A DNA stretch of 63,046 nucleotides, the filler included, from a bacterium (GTDB lineage: Bacteria; UBA9089; CG2-30-40-21; SBAY01), in assembly GCA_040757115.1 (NCBI GenBank). It is 9 parts of 9 records of this genome, joined end to end, with 100 filler letters (N's around TTAATTAATTAA, not from the genome) between each part and the next. Parts side by side here need not be neighbours in the genome. Positions count along the whole stretch, not along the records: positions 26,392 to 50,042 come from JBFLYA010000040.1; positions 50,143 to 52,246 come from JBFLYA010000399.1; 7 more parts are not named here. One strand, 5' to 3'. Positions 40,282 to 51,361 of the stretch are shown piece after piece (position 1 is the stretch's first letter; every line of letters begins with the position of its first letter). A program made the translations under genes and the position numbers. Below the pieces are notes generated by a model, which saw nothing but the letters and a program-made list of their open reading frames with translations, did not search any database and had not been told where the DNA came from.

Positions 40282-40701
40282 TTAAATATCAAATATAACC
40301 TGCGTTCTAAAATATCCTTCTTTTTCTTCTATTTTTAATTGATGGTAGGTTACGGTTTTAATTTCCCGCAATAGTTCATGTCGATTTGGGTCATATAGTT
40401 CTCCAGATGCCTTTGCTTTAAGAGAAGTAGTCCCAATTTCCTTGATACTAAATTTCTTAAGTATTAAATTCCCGACAGTATGATTATACAACAATTCGCT
40501 TAAAAAGGCAACTAAAATTTCCTCAAGGTCATTTCCTGAAACCTTAATGTCCACAGTTTTTGTGGGATTAACTTGATTTAAGTCCACAACTAAGATGCTA
40601 AACATTCCGTAGGCAGTATTCGCAAAGGCTTGTTTAAGTGTTTTTCCGTAGCCAATGATGCCAATATCTGCGGTATGTTCAAAGATGTCAAATCGTTTCA
40701 T
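40282..40701 (-). CDS. Archease
   Basis: EHTADIG, EIKTVTYHQL, terminal FDI. Confidence 0.93.
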   Translation of the reverse strand: MKRFDIFEHTADIGIIGYGKTLKQAFANTAYGMFSILVVDLNQVNPTKTVDIKVSGNDLEEILVAFLSELLYNHTVGNLILKKFSIKEIGTTSLKAKASGELYDPNRHELLREIKTVTYHQLKIEEKEGYFRTQVIFDI

Positions 40702-40816
40702 TCTCTTTCCTCTATCAATTAAAGAATACTATTTTAATTGAGATTTGTCAATATTTTTTTAAGAACCCCTCCAAAAAAAACTTGACATAAAAGATTAAGT
40801 TGGTATAATATATAAT

Positions 40817-42379
40817 ATGTTTAATAAAAAATTATGGCTGATTTATATTATTTGTGGAATTTTACTGGGTTGTGGACAACCAAAAGAGGATAAATCTATC
40901 TTCAAAAGCCGATTATCTGCTGATGTAACTACATTAGACCCGGCTTTAGTCGTTGATGTTTCAGGGGGGATGTTAACGGCTAAATTATTCAATGGACTGG
41001 TAAAATACAATGAAAAAATGGAAATAGTTCCTGATATTGCTGAAGGCTGGGAAATCTCAAAAGATGGAAAGACATATACATTTTATTTAAAAAAAGGGGT
41101 GAAATTTACTAATGGTCGTGAGGTCGAGTCCTCTGACTTTAAATATTCTATTCAACGAGTTTTAAACCTAAAAACAAAATCCCCTCGCACCTGGGTATTT
41201 GATAAAATATCAGGAGCAAAAGAGTGTCTGACAGGAACAACAACTGAGTGCTCAGGATTAGTTATAAAGGATAAATGGACACTCCAGATAATTCTTGAAG
41301 AGGCATTTGCACCTTTTTTAGGATTTTTAGCGATGCCAACGGCGTATGTTGTGCCAAAAGAAGATGTTGAAAAATGGGGTGATGACTTCTCAAAATATGT
41401 AGTTGGCACAGGCCCTTTTAAATTGGAAAAATGGGTCAATGATGAAAAAATAGTCTTCGTGGCAAATCCGGATTATTTTGAGACAAAACCAAAGGTAAAA
41501 AGATTAGAATATCGCATCATACCAGAGGAATTAACTGCGTGGGCAGAATTTGAATCTAAAAAATTAGATGCAATAGCTATCCCAACAGCCGTATTTGACC
41601 AGGTAATCACTGACCCGCAATGGCAAAAATACATCGTCAGTCAATCGGGAATGAATGTTTATTATTTAGGGCTAAACTGCCAGAAACCACTTTTTGATAA
41701 GGTAGAGGTGCGACAGGCTCTAAACTATGCCATTAATAAAGAGATAATTTTAAATACCGTCCTAAAAAATCGGGGAATTATTTCGCATGGTCCAATACCT
41801 CCGATAATTCAAGGTTACTCAAATAATCTTAAACCTTATGAATACAATCCTCAAAAAGCAAAAGAATTATTGACTCAGGCTGGATATCCAGATGGCTTTT
41901 CAATGAAAATATACCAGAAAAGTAGTCGTGAGGTGTTAGAGATTACGGAAATATTACAGGCTCAATTAAAAGAAGCAGGAATAAAGGTAGAAATTGTGCA
42001 ACTTGAGTGGAGCACTTTAAAAGAGATGATTAATGAAGGAAAAACTGATGCCTTTTATCTTGCCTGGATTGCCGATTATCCAGATGCAGAAAATTTCTTG
42101 ACCCCACTTTTTCATTCAAAAAACTTTGGGAGTGGTGGAAATCGTGCATTTTATAAAAATCAAGCAGTTGATGAATTAATCGAACAGGCTCAACAAACTA
42201 CTGATTTAGATGAAAGGATAAAATTATACCAACAAATTGAAACTAAAATTCATAAAGACTGTCCCTGGGTATTTCTTTGGCATCAAAAGGAATTTAGCCT
42301 TCATCAACCCTGGATAAAAGGCTACAAATCCTATCCAATTTGCAATGCAGATAAAGGAACCTCAATATCACGAAATTAA
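40817..42379 (+). CDS. ABC peptide/nickel-type substrate-binding lipoprotein
   Basis: LLGC lipobox, TLDP, YTFYLKKGVKF, GTGPFKL, VRQALNYAI. Confidence 0.93.
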   Translation: MFNKKLWLIYIICGILLGCGQPKEDKSIFKSRLSADVTTLDPALVVDVSGGMLTAKLFNGLVKYNEKMEIVPDIAEGWEISKDGKTYTFYLKKGVKFTNGREVESSDFKYSIQRVLNLKTKSPRTWVFDKISGAKECLTGTTTECSGLVIKDKWTLQIILEEAFAPFLGFLAMPTAYVVPKEDVEKWGDDFSKYVVGTGPFKLEKWVNDEKIVFVANPDYFETKPKVKRLEYRIIPEELTAWAEFESKKLDAIAIPTAVFDQVITDPQWQKYIVSQSGMNVYYLGLNCQKPLFDKVEVRQALNYAINKEIILNTVLKNRGIISHGPIPPIIQGYSNNLKPYEYNPQKAKELLTQAGYPDGFSMKIYQKSSREVLEITEILQAQLKEAGIKVEIVQLEWSTLKEMINEGKTDAFYLAWIADYPDAENFLTPLFHSKNFGSGGNRAFYKNQAVDELIEQAQQTTDLDERIKLYQQIETKIHKDCPWVFLWHQKEFSLHQPWIKGYKSYPICNADKGTSISRN

Positions 42380-42435
42380 AAGCGAGTAATGGGTAACTAA
42401 TTACCAGTTACTAAAGAAGGAGGAAAGAATAAAAA

Positions 42436-43578
42436 ATGGGTAAAAAGTATTATCTGATGTCGCCAGGACCTACCTCAGTTCCACCAGAGGTAAGTTTAGC
42501 TGAGGCAAAACCGATTCTTCACCATCGGACAAAGGACTTTGAAGCGGTGCTTGGTAAGGTAAATGAGGAGATAAAATATCTATTCCAGACACAAAATGAT
42601 GTTTTTACCTTTGCTTCATCAGGAACAGGGGCAATGGAATCAGCCGTGGCAAATCTGCTCTGTGCCGGTGATACTGCTCTGGTTGTTCGAGGTGGAAAAT
42701 TCGGTGAACGGTGGGGAAATATCTGTAAGGCTTATGGTGTTAATTTTATTCCTTTAGACATAGAATGGGGTTGTGCGGTTAGCGCCAATGAGATTGAGGC
42801 TAAATTAAAGGAGAACCCAAATATAAAGGCGGTATTTACTACCCTGTGTGAGACCTCTACGGCAACCCTTATGCCGATTAAAGAAATTGGTGAGGTAGTT
42901 GCCAAAACTACTGCGTGTCTGGTGGTAGATGCGGTTAGCGGTCTGGGCGTGGATGAATTCAGGATGGATGAGTGGAATGTCGATGTCGCCGCAGTTGGCT
43001 CTCAAAAGGGCTTGATGATTCCACCAGGATTGGCTTTTGCCGCAGTTAGCCCCAGGGCAATGGCAATGAGTAAAACTTCGACCTTACCTAAATTCTATTT
43101 CTCTTTTGCGGCGTATAAAAAAGGATTGGAATCTGGTGAACCGCCTTATACCCCTCCTGTTTCTTTGATTTATGCCTTGCGACAGGCACTTGATATGATT
43201 AAACAGGAAACTATAGAAAAGGTATGGCAAAGACATGCCATTTTGGCACAAGCTACCCGCGCCGGAATTACAGCATTAGGCTTACGACTCCTATCAAAAA
43301 GCCCGGCAAATGGACTGACGGCGGCTTTTGGACCTGGAGAAGATGACGGCGGGATTATTGTTAAAAAATATAGCCAATTAGGGATAACCGTAGCCGGCGG
43401 TCAGGACCATCTCAAAGGAAAAATATTTAGAGTTGCTCACATGGGTTATGCAGAGATGTTTGATGTCATCATGGCTATCTCTGCCTTAGAAATGATATTA
43501 ATGGACATAGGCTATAAATTTGAGATTGGTGCCGGGGTAAAAGCCGCTGAGGAGGCACTTCAAAAACTATCTGGTTAG
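42436..43578 (+). CDS. Class V aminotransferase (serine-pyruvate/alanine-glyoxylate type)
   Basis: PGPT, SGTGAMES, VDAVS, GSQKGLMIPPGL, FRVAHMG. Confidence 0.93.
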   Translation: MGKKYYLMSPGPTSVPPEVSLAEAKPILHHRTKDFEAVLGKVNEEIKYLFQTQNDVFTFASSGTGAMESAVANLLCAGDTALVVRGGKFGERWGNICKAYGVNFIPLDIEWGCAVSANEIEAKLKENPNIKAVFTTLCETSTATLMPIKEIGEVVAKTTACLVVDAVSGLGVDEFRMDEWNVDVAAVGSQKGLMIPPGLAFAAVSPRAMAMSKTSTLPKFYFSFAAYKKGLESGEPPYTPPVSLIYALRQALDMIKQETIEKVWQRHAILAQATRAGITALGLRLLSKSPANGLTAAFGPGEDDGGIIVKKYSQLGITVAGGQDHLKGKIFRVAHMGYAEMFDVIMAISALEMILMDIGYKFEIGAGVKAAEEALQKLSG

Positions 43579-43903
43579 ACTAAAAGAGATTAGACCACGA
43601 AGAACACGAAGTGAAATTTGATGAAATATCTAATGAAGTTAGCAAATATTAAAGTTGGCTTGTTATGTTGATAAATTTCAATGTAGAAAGATTGAAAGAA
43701 GGCATAAAAAGATTTGTTCTGTAACATCTCCCTGCCCTTCGTGCTCTTCGTGGTGAATAGTTACCAAAAGGATTAAAAATCAGTGTTTCATCCGTGTCTA
43801 TCTATGGCTGAATAATTACGATTTATTTTACATTTTTCTTTGTGTCTGTGCGTCTTTGTGTGATTATTATCCTTCTGAAAATATCCACATAGGGAGTTAA
43901 AAG

Positions 43904-45067
43904 ATGCAAATGAACAAAAGGTTAATATGGGTTAATCTTATTTTAATAATCTTGTTATCCAGTGGCTGTGTCGCACTACCTCATAAGCCTACTCCTAAAA
44001 CCCCACAAGAGATAGCCAGAGCATTAGAACAGGAGAATTTTGACCTGGCTACGGCATACAACAAAGCCGGGATGTTGGAAGAAGCATTATATTTCTCTAA
44101 GGAGGTATTGAAGTTAAATCCACAACATCAACAGGCTCAGGAGCTTCGAGATAAGATATTAGATGAATTAAAAAAGGAGAAAACACCACCTACACCTGAA
44201 GAACCAAAACAAGAACCTTTACCCTCTTTAAAAGAGATTCAGCCGCTTCCCGCTAAAGAAATATCGCCTCTAAAAGAAAAAGAGGCTATTGCTGAAATTG
44301 AGGGATTACCTGAAAAGGAAGTAAAGTTAGAGATAAAAAAAGTGCCGACACAAAAACCTCCTGCGGTGCCCGAGTTACCTTTTTTTGAATTTGCTAAAGA
44401 ATTACGCACAAAAAGGTTATATGCGGATGCTATTACAGAACTCTCAAATATATTAAACGATTATCCAAATACTCCTTTAAGAGAAAAGATAGATTTTGAA
44501 TTAGCCAATAATTATTTTGACCAGGCTCAATACGATAAGGCGTTAAATCTTTTCTCTCAAATTATGACACAAAAAAAAGACCTTCAATATGATGCTCAAT
44601 TAATGCTTGCAAAATGTTATGAAAAAACAGGAGACCATGAAAAAGCAAAGATAGAATATCTAAGATTGATTAAGCGTTTGAATATTCTTACACTTCCTAA
44701 AATAGAAGAAGTAAGTAAAGAAGTTACGGCATTAAAATCTATTTTAGACAAAACTACACCGCTTCCCCAAAAAAAGGAAGATTTAGAAGCAGAAGCTCAT
44801 TTTGGTGTTGGGAATGTGTCTCGTGCAAGAAGGGAATATCGCCAGGCATTAGTCGAATATGATAATACAATAAAAAAATCTCCAAAATCTCCAGTCTCGG
44901 CAGATGCGGCTTTTTATATTGCGGATATTTATGATAATGTCATAGAACTCAGGGATTATGAGCAGGCAGTAAATGCCTACACTCGAGTCATATCGGACTA
45001 TCCAGACAGCAAATGGATAGATAGAGCTAAAGAGCGGAAAAAATATTTGATAGATAATTATCTATAG
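43904..45067 (+). CDS. TPR-containing lipoprotein (BamD/CpoB-like repeats)
   Basis: SSGC lipobox, Pro-rich linker, TPRs ending DYPDSKW. Confidence 0.8.
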   Translation: MQMNKRLIWVNLILIILLSSGCVALPHKPTPKTPQEIARALEQENFDLATAYNKAGMLEEALYFSKEVLKLNPQHQQAQELRDKILDELKKEKTPPTPEEPKQEPLPSLKEIQPLPAKEISPLKEKEAIAEIEGLPEKEVKLEIKKVPTQKPPAVPELPFFEFAKELRTKRLYADAITELSNILNDYPNTPLREKIDFELANNYFDQAQYDKALNLFSQIMTQKKDLQYDAQLMLAKCYEKTGDHEKAKIEYLRLIKRLNILTLPKIEEVSKEVTALKSILDKTTPLPQKKEDLEAEAHFGVGNVSRARREYRQALVEYDNTIKKSPKSPVSADAAFYIADIYDNVIELRDYEQAVNAYTRVISDYPDSKWIDRAKERKKYLIDNYL

Positions 45068-45685
45068 TAGTTATTAACGAAAATTTCTCATAGAACAGAT
45101 ATAGCAACAGGGTTGATGGTTTATAGTTTATAGTTTCATAGACTATCAACTATCAACTATCAACCATAGACTATCAACAATACTAATGTGAACTTTTGAT
45201 TAATACTTACTATATAAGCGTTCCTGTGTCCGCTTTCAGCCGTCAGTATTTAGATACAGGATGATATACATCTTGTATCTTGCATCTCCTGACTGCTGAT
45301 ACCTGATGGCTGAACGCTTACACAAAACTAATCATGTCCCACAATTTTTACTGGACACCGTGAAGAGTGATAATTCACAATTCACAATTGACAATTCACC
45401 ATTCACCATTTTAAGGAGATTTAGGGAAGAAATTGTGAATGGTGAATTGTGAATGAATGTAACATTGTCCACTAAAACTTATGGGTAAAGATAAGTACAG
45501 AAGCCTCTCGGATAAAAATAGGAAGTAAGAAATGGGAAATAGGAAGTAAATAAAACAAAATTCCTACTCTCTACTCTCTACTTAAAAAGTGGGGGGTGAA
45601 GGAAAAATTTGCGGTGTGCGAAGGCTAATAAAATTACCGCTTAATTTTATCCGAGAGCGTTCTTACACAAAAAGGGGGTATTAAA

Positions 45686-46510
45686 ATGAAGAAAAAAACA
45701 GGTGCACAAGAACATACTATTATTATCAGCACAATATTAGGCAGTATCCTCGTGTTTGTGCTGGGGTTCTTTTTGGGACGAGCCTGGGTATTGATGCCAC
45801 AGGAGAAAATGACTAAAGTTAAAAAAACTACTCCTGTGGTCAGTGAGCAAAAAGAGGAAGAATTTGAAGATACCTTATCCCAACTTCGAGAACAAAAAAG
45901 AATGATTGAAGAATTGGAAAAACAAGAAACCCAAAAAATTGAAGAGGGAAAACGAAAAAAGGAATCGGAATTGAGGTTAGCTCAATTAAGAGAAAAAAAG
46001 AAACAAGAACAACAAGAAAAGGAGTTAGCTAAAAAGGGAGAGAAAGAAAAACTGCTTGCGGACCAAAAAGAAAAAGAAAGATTAGCCAAACTTGCCCAGG
46101 AAAAAGAATTAGCTATGAAAGAAGAAGAAGAACAAAAACGCAGATTACAGAAAGAACTAAAAAGAAAACAAGAGGTTGAAAAGAAGGCACTTGAGGCTAA
46201 ACAAAAAGCAATTAAGGAACAAAAACCACAACCACCAGTTGAAGAAAAAGAAACTCCTTCTTCTCCTTCTCAAGAAGAATTTACAATTCAACTGCAATCC
46301 TCACAAAATAGAGAACGGGTTGAAGAATTACTCACAGAATTAAGAAATAGAGGCTATTTAGCCTATGCCATCCAGGTTGACCTCAAAGAAAAAGGCATCT
46401 GGTATCGAATTAGACTTGGGAAATACAATAGCCGTGAAGAGGCGTTGAACGAAGCGGAGAAATTAAAAAATAAAGGCGTCATCAGTAACTACTTGATTAC
46501 TAAGAGGTAA
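45686..46510 (+). CDS. SPOR-domain protein
   Basis: TM anchor, charged coiled coil, FTIQLQS..GIWYRIRLGKY. Confidence 0.88.
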   Translation: MKKKTGAQEHTIIISTILGSILVFVLGFFLGRAWVLMPQEKMTKVKKTTPVVSEQKEEEFEDTLSQLREQKRMIEELEKQETQKIEEGKRKKESELRLAQLREKKKQEQQEKELAKKGEKEKLLADQKEKERLAKLAQEKELAMKEEEEQKRRLQKELKRKQEVEKKALEAKQKAIKEQKPQPPVEEKETPSSPSQEEFTIQLQSSQNRERVEELLTELRNRGYLAYAIQVDLKEKGIWYRIRLGKYNSREEALNEAEKLKNKGVISNYLITKR

Positions 46511-46524
46511 ATAGGAATTTGTTT

Positions 46525-47625
46525 CTATGCCTTCCTGAATAACCGAATTAAGAAAATCATTCCCATCATACCGAGAATAATGTTAGGTATCCACATCGCT
46601 AAAAGAGGCATAAGTAATCCTTTTTCTGCTAAATTTTCATTTAGTTTTAGCAGAAGATAATAGATAAAGACAATTAAAATACATGTGCCAAATCCAATCG
46701 ATTTCTCTTTATGTTTAACCATTAGACCTAATGGAACTCCAATAAGGATAAATGCCAAACAGCCAAATGGCATGGCGATATGTTTACCCAATTCAATGAG
46801 TAAAGGTTGGAGATTTAAGTTTAATTCTTTGTATCTTTTTATCTCTTCTTTTAATTCCACGATGGTCATTGCCTCAATACTCTTGGGGAGATTTTGGTTT
46901 ATTTTATTCTCATTTGCGGCTAAATTAATTGTATGAACATCAAAGGCTAATATATGATATTTAGAAGGGTCTTTATCATCAACATGATGAATAACTCCAT
47001 CTTGCAGTCTTAAGATTACCCCTTTGTTAGTTTTTGAGTATATCGCCATTTTAGCGAAGATAGCTTCTTTAGGCACACCTAACTCACCACCATATTCACA
47101 GATGTAAATACCTTTCAACCGTTGTTTTTCTTTATCTAACTTATCAATAAAAAGTTCCCTTTGCCCAATTTTAATAAATCTTTTTTCCTCAAGGTAGCTA
47201 GATGGCTGTTGCAGAAGTAACTCTGATTGAATTTTTTCAATTGTGAAATTAGTCCAGGGTAATAAAGTCTCTGCAATAATTAATGTGATGAGGCTAAAAA
47301 GTATTCCGGAGATAATCATCCAGATAATTGAAGAAATGAGGCTTATGCCACTTGCCCACATAGCCGTAATCTCATTTTCTGCTTTAAGTTTTCCCCAGGT
47401 AATTGTTGTTGCCATAAGAAGAGCGATTGGGAGAGAAATATTAAAAGTAGCCGGGATATAGCATAAGAAAAGTTCAATAATCAAAATTCCAGGAATTTGT
47501 TTTGTAATTATCAATTCACTTGATTTGAATATCTCGCTCAAGAAAAAAATGAATGTAAAAAGACACATCCCAAAGAAAAAAGGGAAGATATGCTCTCTTA
47601 AAATGTAGCGATGAATGATTTTCAT
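46525..47625 (-). CDS. LptF/LptG family LPS export permease
   Basis: IIHRYILRE, ENEITAMWASGISL, GVPLG, AMWIPNI. Confidence 0.92.
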   Translation of the reverse strand: MKIIHRYILREHIFPFFFGMCLFTFIFFLSEIFKSSELIITKQIPGILIIELFLCYIPATFNISLPIALLMATTITWGKLKAENEITAMWASGISLISSIIWMIISGILFSLITLIIAETLLPWTNFTIEKIQSELLLQQPSSYLEEKRFIKIGQRELFIDKLDKEKQRLKGIYICEYGGELGVPKEAIFAKMAIYSKTNKGVILRLQDGVIHHVDDKDPSKYHILAFDVHTINLAANENKINQNLPKSIEAMTIVELKEEIKRYKELNLNLQPLLIELGKHIAMPFGCLAFILIGVPLGLMVKHKEKSIGFGTCILIVFIYYLLLKLNENLAEKGLLMPLLAMWIPNIILGMMGMIFLIRLFRKA

Positions 47626-48458
47626 AAGTAAATTATAGCATAAAAATAGTCAAAAGTCTATAATTTTCTGTAAGCATCGGTTGTGTAAAAAGATATAAAG
47701 ATATTTTTTCTCCGTGATTCACCGGTGTCCCTTCCCTTTGTATTTCATTTCACAACATCCCAGAGATGTAGGTAAGTTTCAATTACTACCTATTGACAAA
47801 AATCCTCTGGTATGGTATCATATCAAGTAATCGTTCAGGTGTAAGTAAGGGAAAATGGAAAAGTAGGGAAAAAGGGGAAAAATATTAAAGAATTTCATTT
47901 CAAATTTTTGGAGTTCTCAATTCCTGAAGCTGTCAGGAACAGGTTTATTGAGGATTGTGTGCTTTGTCAGTATCACAGAATCGAAGAGCAAGCGAATCGT
48001 CTATAGCAGTTATTAGTCAAAATTTTACTCAGGGGGGATAAGTAAAAAATCCCAAATCCCAAGCACCAAATCTCAAATAAGCACCAAATTCCACATACCA
48101 AAAAGCGAATTAGAGATTAGTGAATTAGAGATTAGATTTTACTAATTCGCTAATTCGCTTAATTCACTAATTCACTAAATGGAATTTGGAATTTGTGATT
48201 TGGAATTTCATAGCCATATTTGGGGCAAATTTCGATTAATAAGTGCTATAAATCGGGGACTCCGTTTAAAAAAAGGAACTTATTTTTGCAAAAACTATAA
48301 TGCGGGAACGACCAGAACAACTTTCAAATTCCTATACATAAAAATAAATCTCCCATTTTTCCATTATTTCCCCTTTTCCCTTAATTACACCTTGAACGGT
48401 TACAATTAAGAGGAACTGTTGTCACTGTTATTATTGCATTTCCTGTGAGGTAGGTAGG

Positions 48459-49619
48459 TTGAGAATGATTGAGTTTATTGAAAAACTATTAAGATGGATA
48501 TCACTACCAAAGGTTAAGATACAACAAAATCAGGTAGTCTTTAAAGGAAGAAATATCCTCTTTGTAAAAAAATGGTGTTTAGACTTCTTGTTTTGTGGCA
48601 TCTTCCTCTCCTTGCTATTTATGGGTAGATATTGTTGGTTTCACTCTTTTTTATGTCTCTTAGTTTTGACATCGCCTTCTTTCATCCTTTTCTGTATTCT
48701 CTTTGCCTTTTTATTCGCTGGCTTTTCCTTTGATGACCAAAAGAGAGAGATAGTTAGATCTAAGGGTATGAGCATCCCTTATGAGAAGGTGAAGGGTATT
48801 TATATAACCGAGGTTGGAAAACTATTAAGGGTTAGTATTAAAGAGAAGGGGTTGTTAAAAGAGAGCTCTCTTGCTGAGGCATTATCTATAGAGGATAAAC
48901 AAAGATTGATGGAGGAATTGGATAAAAGATTTCCTCCTGAAATACTTCATGAAAGAAGGTTTTTTATTTGGAGATTTCCAGCACAGACGATGATGCTTTT
49001 GATTCTTTTTATATCTTCAATCTACATCTTTTATGTATACCAGGAATGTCCGCAGGTTAGAATAATTCCAAAGAAAAGGGGCTGGGAAATTTCTCAACCT
49101 ACGAAAGAAAACAGGTATAATCTAAGAGGAATTGCCTTTTCACTTCCTGAAGGCTTTAAGTTTGTGAAAGCAAAAAATGGAAGACTTTTCTTTAAGAATA
49201 AGGAAACAGGGATTGTAGTTGATTCTGGCTTTTATAAATCACTTCCTTCAGCTCTCTCTTTAGAACTTTATTACTTTACTGGAATAAAAGAGAGTTATGG
49301 TCTATATCAAGCAGTTTACTACGCCCGCTTTGGGATAATACCCTTAGTTTTAAAGGCTATTAGGTTAAGTGGCAGGAAAAAGGTAGAGATTTATGAGATT
49401 GAAGAAGAGGTGTTTAAGGGATTCATTATGAGGTGTCTCCAGGATAAAAGATGGGTGGCAGATATCCTTCTAAAGAATAAAAAGAAAGGATGGGAGATAA
49501 ATTTTATGATTTCAAGTTCAAAAAGGATAGAAGAAGATGACTTAAAAACAATTGTAGCTGTTGCTAATGTCACAAGTTCATTACCCGTCCTGTCTTTAAA
49601 CTCTACTCGCCCGAAGTAG
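48459..49619 (+). CDS. Hypothetical membrane protein
   Basis: Long ORF with several TM segments. Confidence 0.65.
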   Translation: MRMIEFIEKLLRWISLPKVKIQQNQVVFKGRNILFVKKWCLDFLFCGIFLSLLFMGRYCWFHSFLCLLVLTSPSFILFCILFAFLFAGFSFDDQKREIVRSKGMSIPYEKVKGIYITEVGKLLRVSIKEKGLLKESSLAEALSIEDKQRLMEELDKRFPPEILHERRFFIWRFPAQTMMLLILFISSIYIFYVYQECPQVRIIPKKRGWEISQPTKENRYNLRGIAFSLPEGFKFVKAKNGRLFFKNKETGIVVDSGFYKSLPSALSLELYYFTGIKESYGLYQAVYYARFGIIPLVLKAIRLSGRKKVEIYEIEEEVFKGFIMRCLQDKRWVADILLKNKKKGWEINFMISSSKRIEEDDLKTIVAVANVTSSLPVLSLNSTRPK

Positions 49620-49813
49620 AACTTGTCTTCGCTCAGCTCCATTTAGCCCGGGGCAACACCACTCAAGCCAAATCATACGCCGAATCCGCCCACACCAAAG
49701 CCAAATCTATGCACTACCATAGCGTTTTCTAAGTAGATATAACATATCATCTCTGTGGTGAACGATTACTAATTTTTCTTGACATTGTCATATAAATGTC
49801 TTATAATTGTAAT

Positions 49814-49915
49814 ATGATAGTTTTTGACTCCTCAACAATCATTCTCCTTGCTAAGATAGAGATTTTAGATGCATTTCTCTTAAATTTCCAGGACAGAACT
49901 TTAGTTACTCCAAAA
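49814..49915 (+). pseudogene. Truncated PIN-like (DUF3368-type) gene
   Basis: MIVFDSSTIILLAKIEIL.. behind a TTGACA/TATAAT promoter; cut by a GTAACTATTCAG element end at 49916. Confidence 0.65.
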
Positions 49916-50350
49916 GTAACTATTCAGCACAATTATTCGATCTGTGCGGTTAGAAGAGAAACCTCCCCGCATTAAGGTTAAAGACGTACTCTCCCTTCTC
50001 CGCCGCTGGCGGGGGATTAAGGATGTGAAAATCTTCTCAACTNNNNNNNNNNNNNNNNNNNNNNNNNNNNNNNNNNNNNNNNNNNNTTAATTAATTAANN
50101 NNNNNNNNNNNNNNNNNNNNNNNNNNNNNNNNNNNNNNNNNNTTGTTTTCCACAATCAATTTCTACCTATTTCTATAAATTTCAATCTATTTCTATTATC
50201 TTATCTCCATATCGCCCTTATCTCCTTATCCCCTTTCTTACACTTTTGATATATAGCCTGAACGGTTACCTATAATTATAACCTAACTTAAGTGAAATTG
50301 TCAAGTAATTTTTGCTTGACAATTAATGATAGAATTATTATGATAATTAT

Positions 50351-51361
50351 ATGGAATGGCAATATTGTAAAGAAATGCTTCCGAAGGTATCAAGAACATT
50401 TGCTTTAAACATTGTAAAACTAAAAGGCAAAACCTGTGAGGCGGTAACAATTAGTTATTTGCTTTTCCGTATTGCAGATACCTTTGAAGATAATCTATTT
50501 CTAAAAGAAGATGAAAAGATAAAGGCATTGGAGCAAATTCGTTGGATTTTTGAAGGGAATAAATGCTTAAATGAAAGACTTAACCTCTATGAATCACTTA
50601 AATTTCAATGGAAACAATCTTCTTATGAAAAAGAACTTGTTGAAAATGGGGATAAGGTTTTAAAATGCTACTTTGACCTGCTTCCAATTTATCGAAGTAT
50701 CATTGACCCGCTTATTAGTGAGTCTGTCGAAGGAATGGCAAAATTTCAAAAAAGAAAATTAGAATCATCCTTAAAAATCTTTCAACTTCAAGATTTGAAA
50801 GATTTAGAGGAATACTGCTATTATGTTGCCGGGATTGTGGGGATAATGCTTACCCGAATTTTTTCCCTCAAAAAATCAATCTCTAAAATAAAAACTCAAC
50901 TTGAAAAATATCAAGTTCAATTCGGATTAGCATTACAACTTACAAATATCCTGAAAGATTGGCAAAAAGACTTAAACAGAGGTTGGTGTTATCTCCCGTA
51001 TGCAATTACAAATAAATGGCAAATTAATCTTGAAGATAGTATATCTCCAAACCAACAAATAGGCATAATAAAAGATATTATACCCTGGATTTTGACTTAT
51101 TTTGATTCGGCATTAAAGTATATTGAAATTATCCCGGAAACTGAGCGTTCTATAAGGCTATTTTGTATCATCCCTTTTGTTCTGGCGTATAATACCCTCA
51201 TTTACCTCTTCAAAAACGAAGATAAAGTCCCTCGTAAGAAGGTATCAGAGATTTTAGAAATATCTAACTCTTTCGCAAATTCAAATCAACTTTTAAAAAA
51301 GGATTATTTGAGGGTAAAGAAATACGTAACCGTTCACCGCAGAGACACAGAGATGATATGA
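50351..51361 (+). CDS. Squalene/phytoene synthase family protein
   Basis: VSRTFAL, RIADTFED, YCYYVAGIVG, GLALQLTNILKD. Confidence 0.92.
   Translation: MEWQYCKEMLPKVSRTFALNIVKLKGKTCEAVTISYLLFRIADTFEDNLFLKEDEKIKALEQIRWIFEGNKCLNERLNLYESLKFQWKQSSYEKELVENGDKVLKCYFDLLPIYRSIIDPLISESVEGMAKFQKRKLESSLKIFQLQDLKDLEEYCYYVAGIVGIMLTRIFSLKKSISKIKTQLEKYQVQFGLALQLTNILKDWQKDLNRGWCYLPYAITNKWQINLEDSISPNQQIGIIKDIIPWILTYFDSALKYIEIIPETERSIRLFCIIPFVLAYNTLIYLFKNEDKVPRKKVSEILEISNSFANSNQLLKKDYLRVKKYVTVHRRDTEMI

Noticed and set aside
49579-49731. Short TPR-like reading frame (PEVELVFAQLHLARG..)
   Set aside because: Probably a gene remnant, but too short and startless to call by eye.
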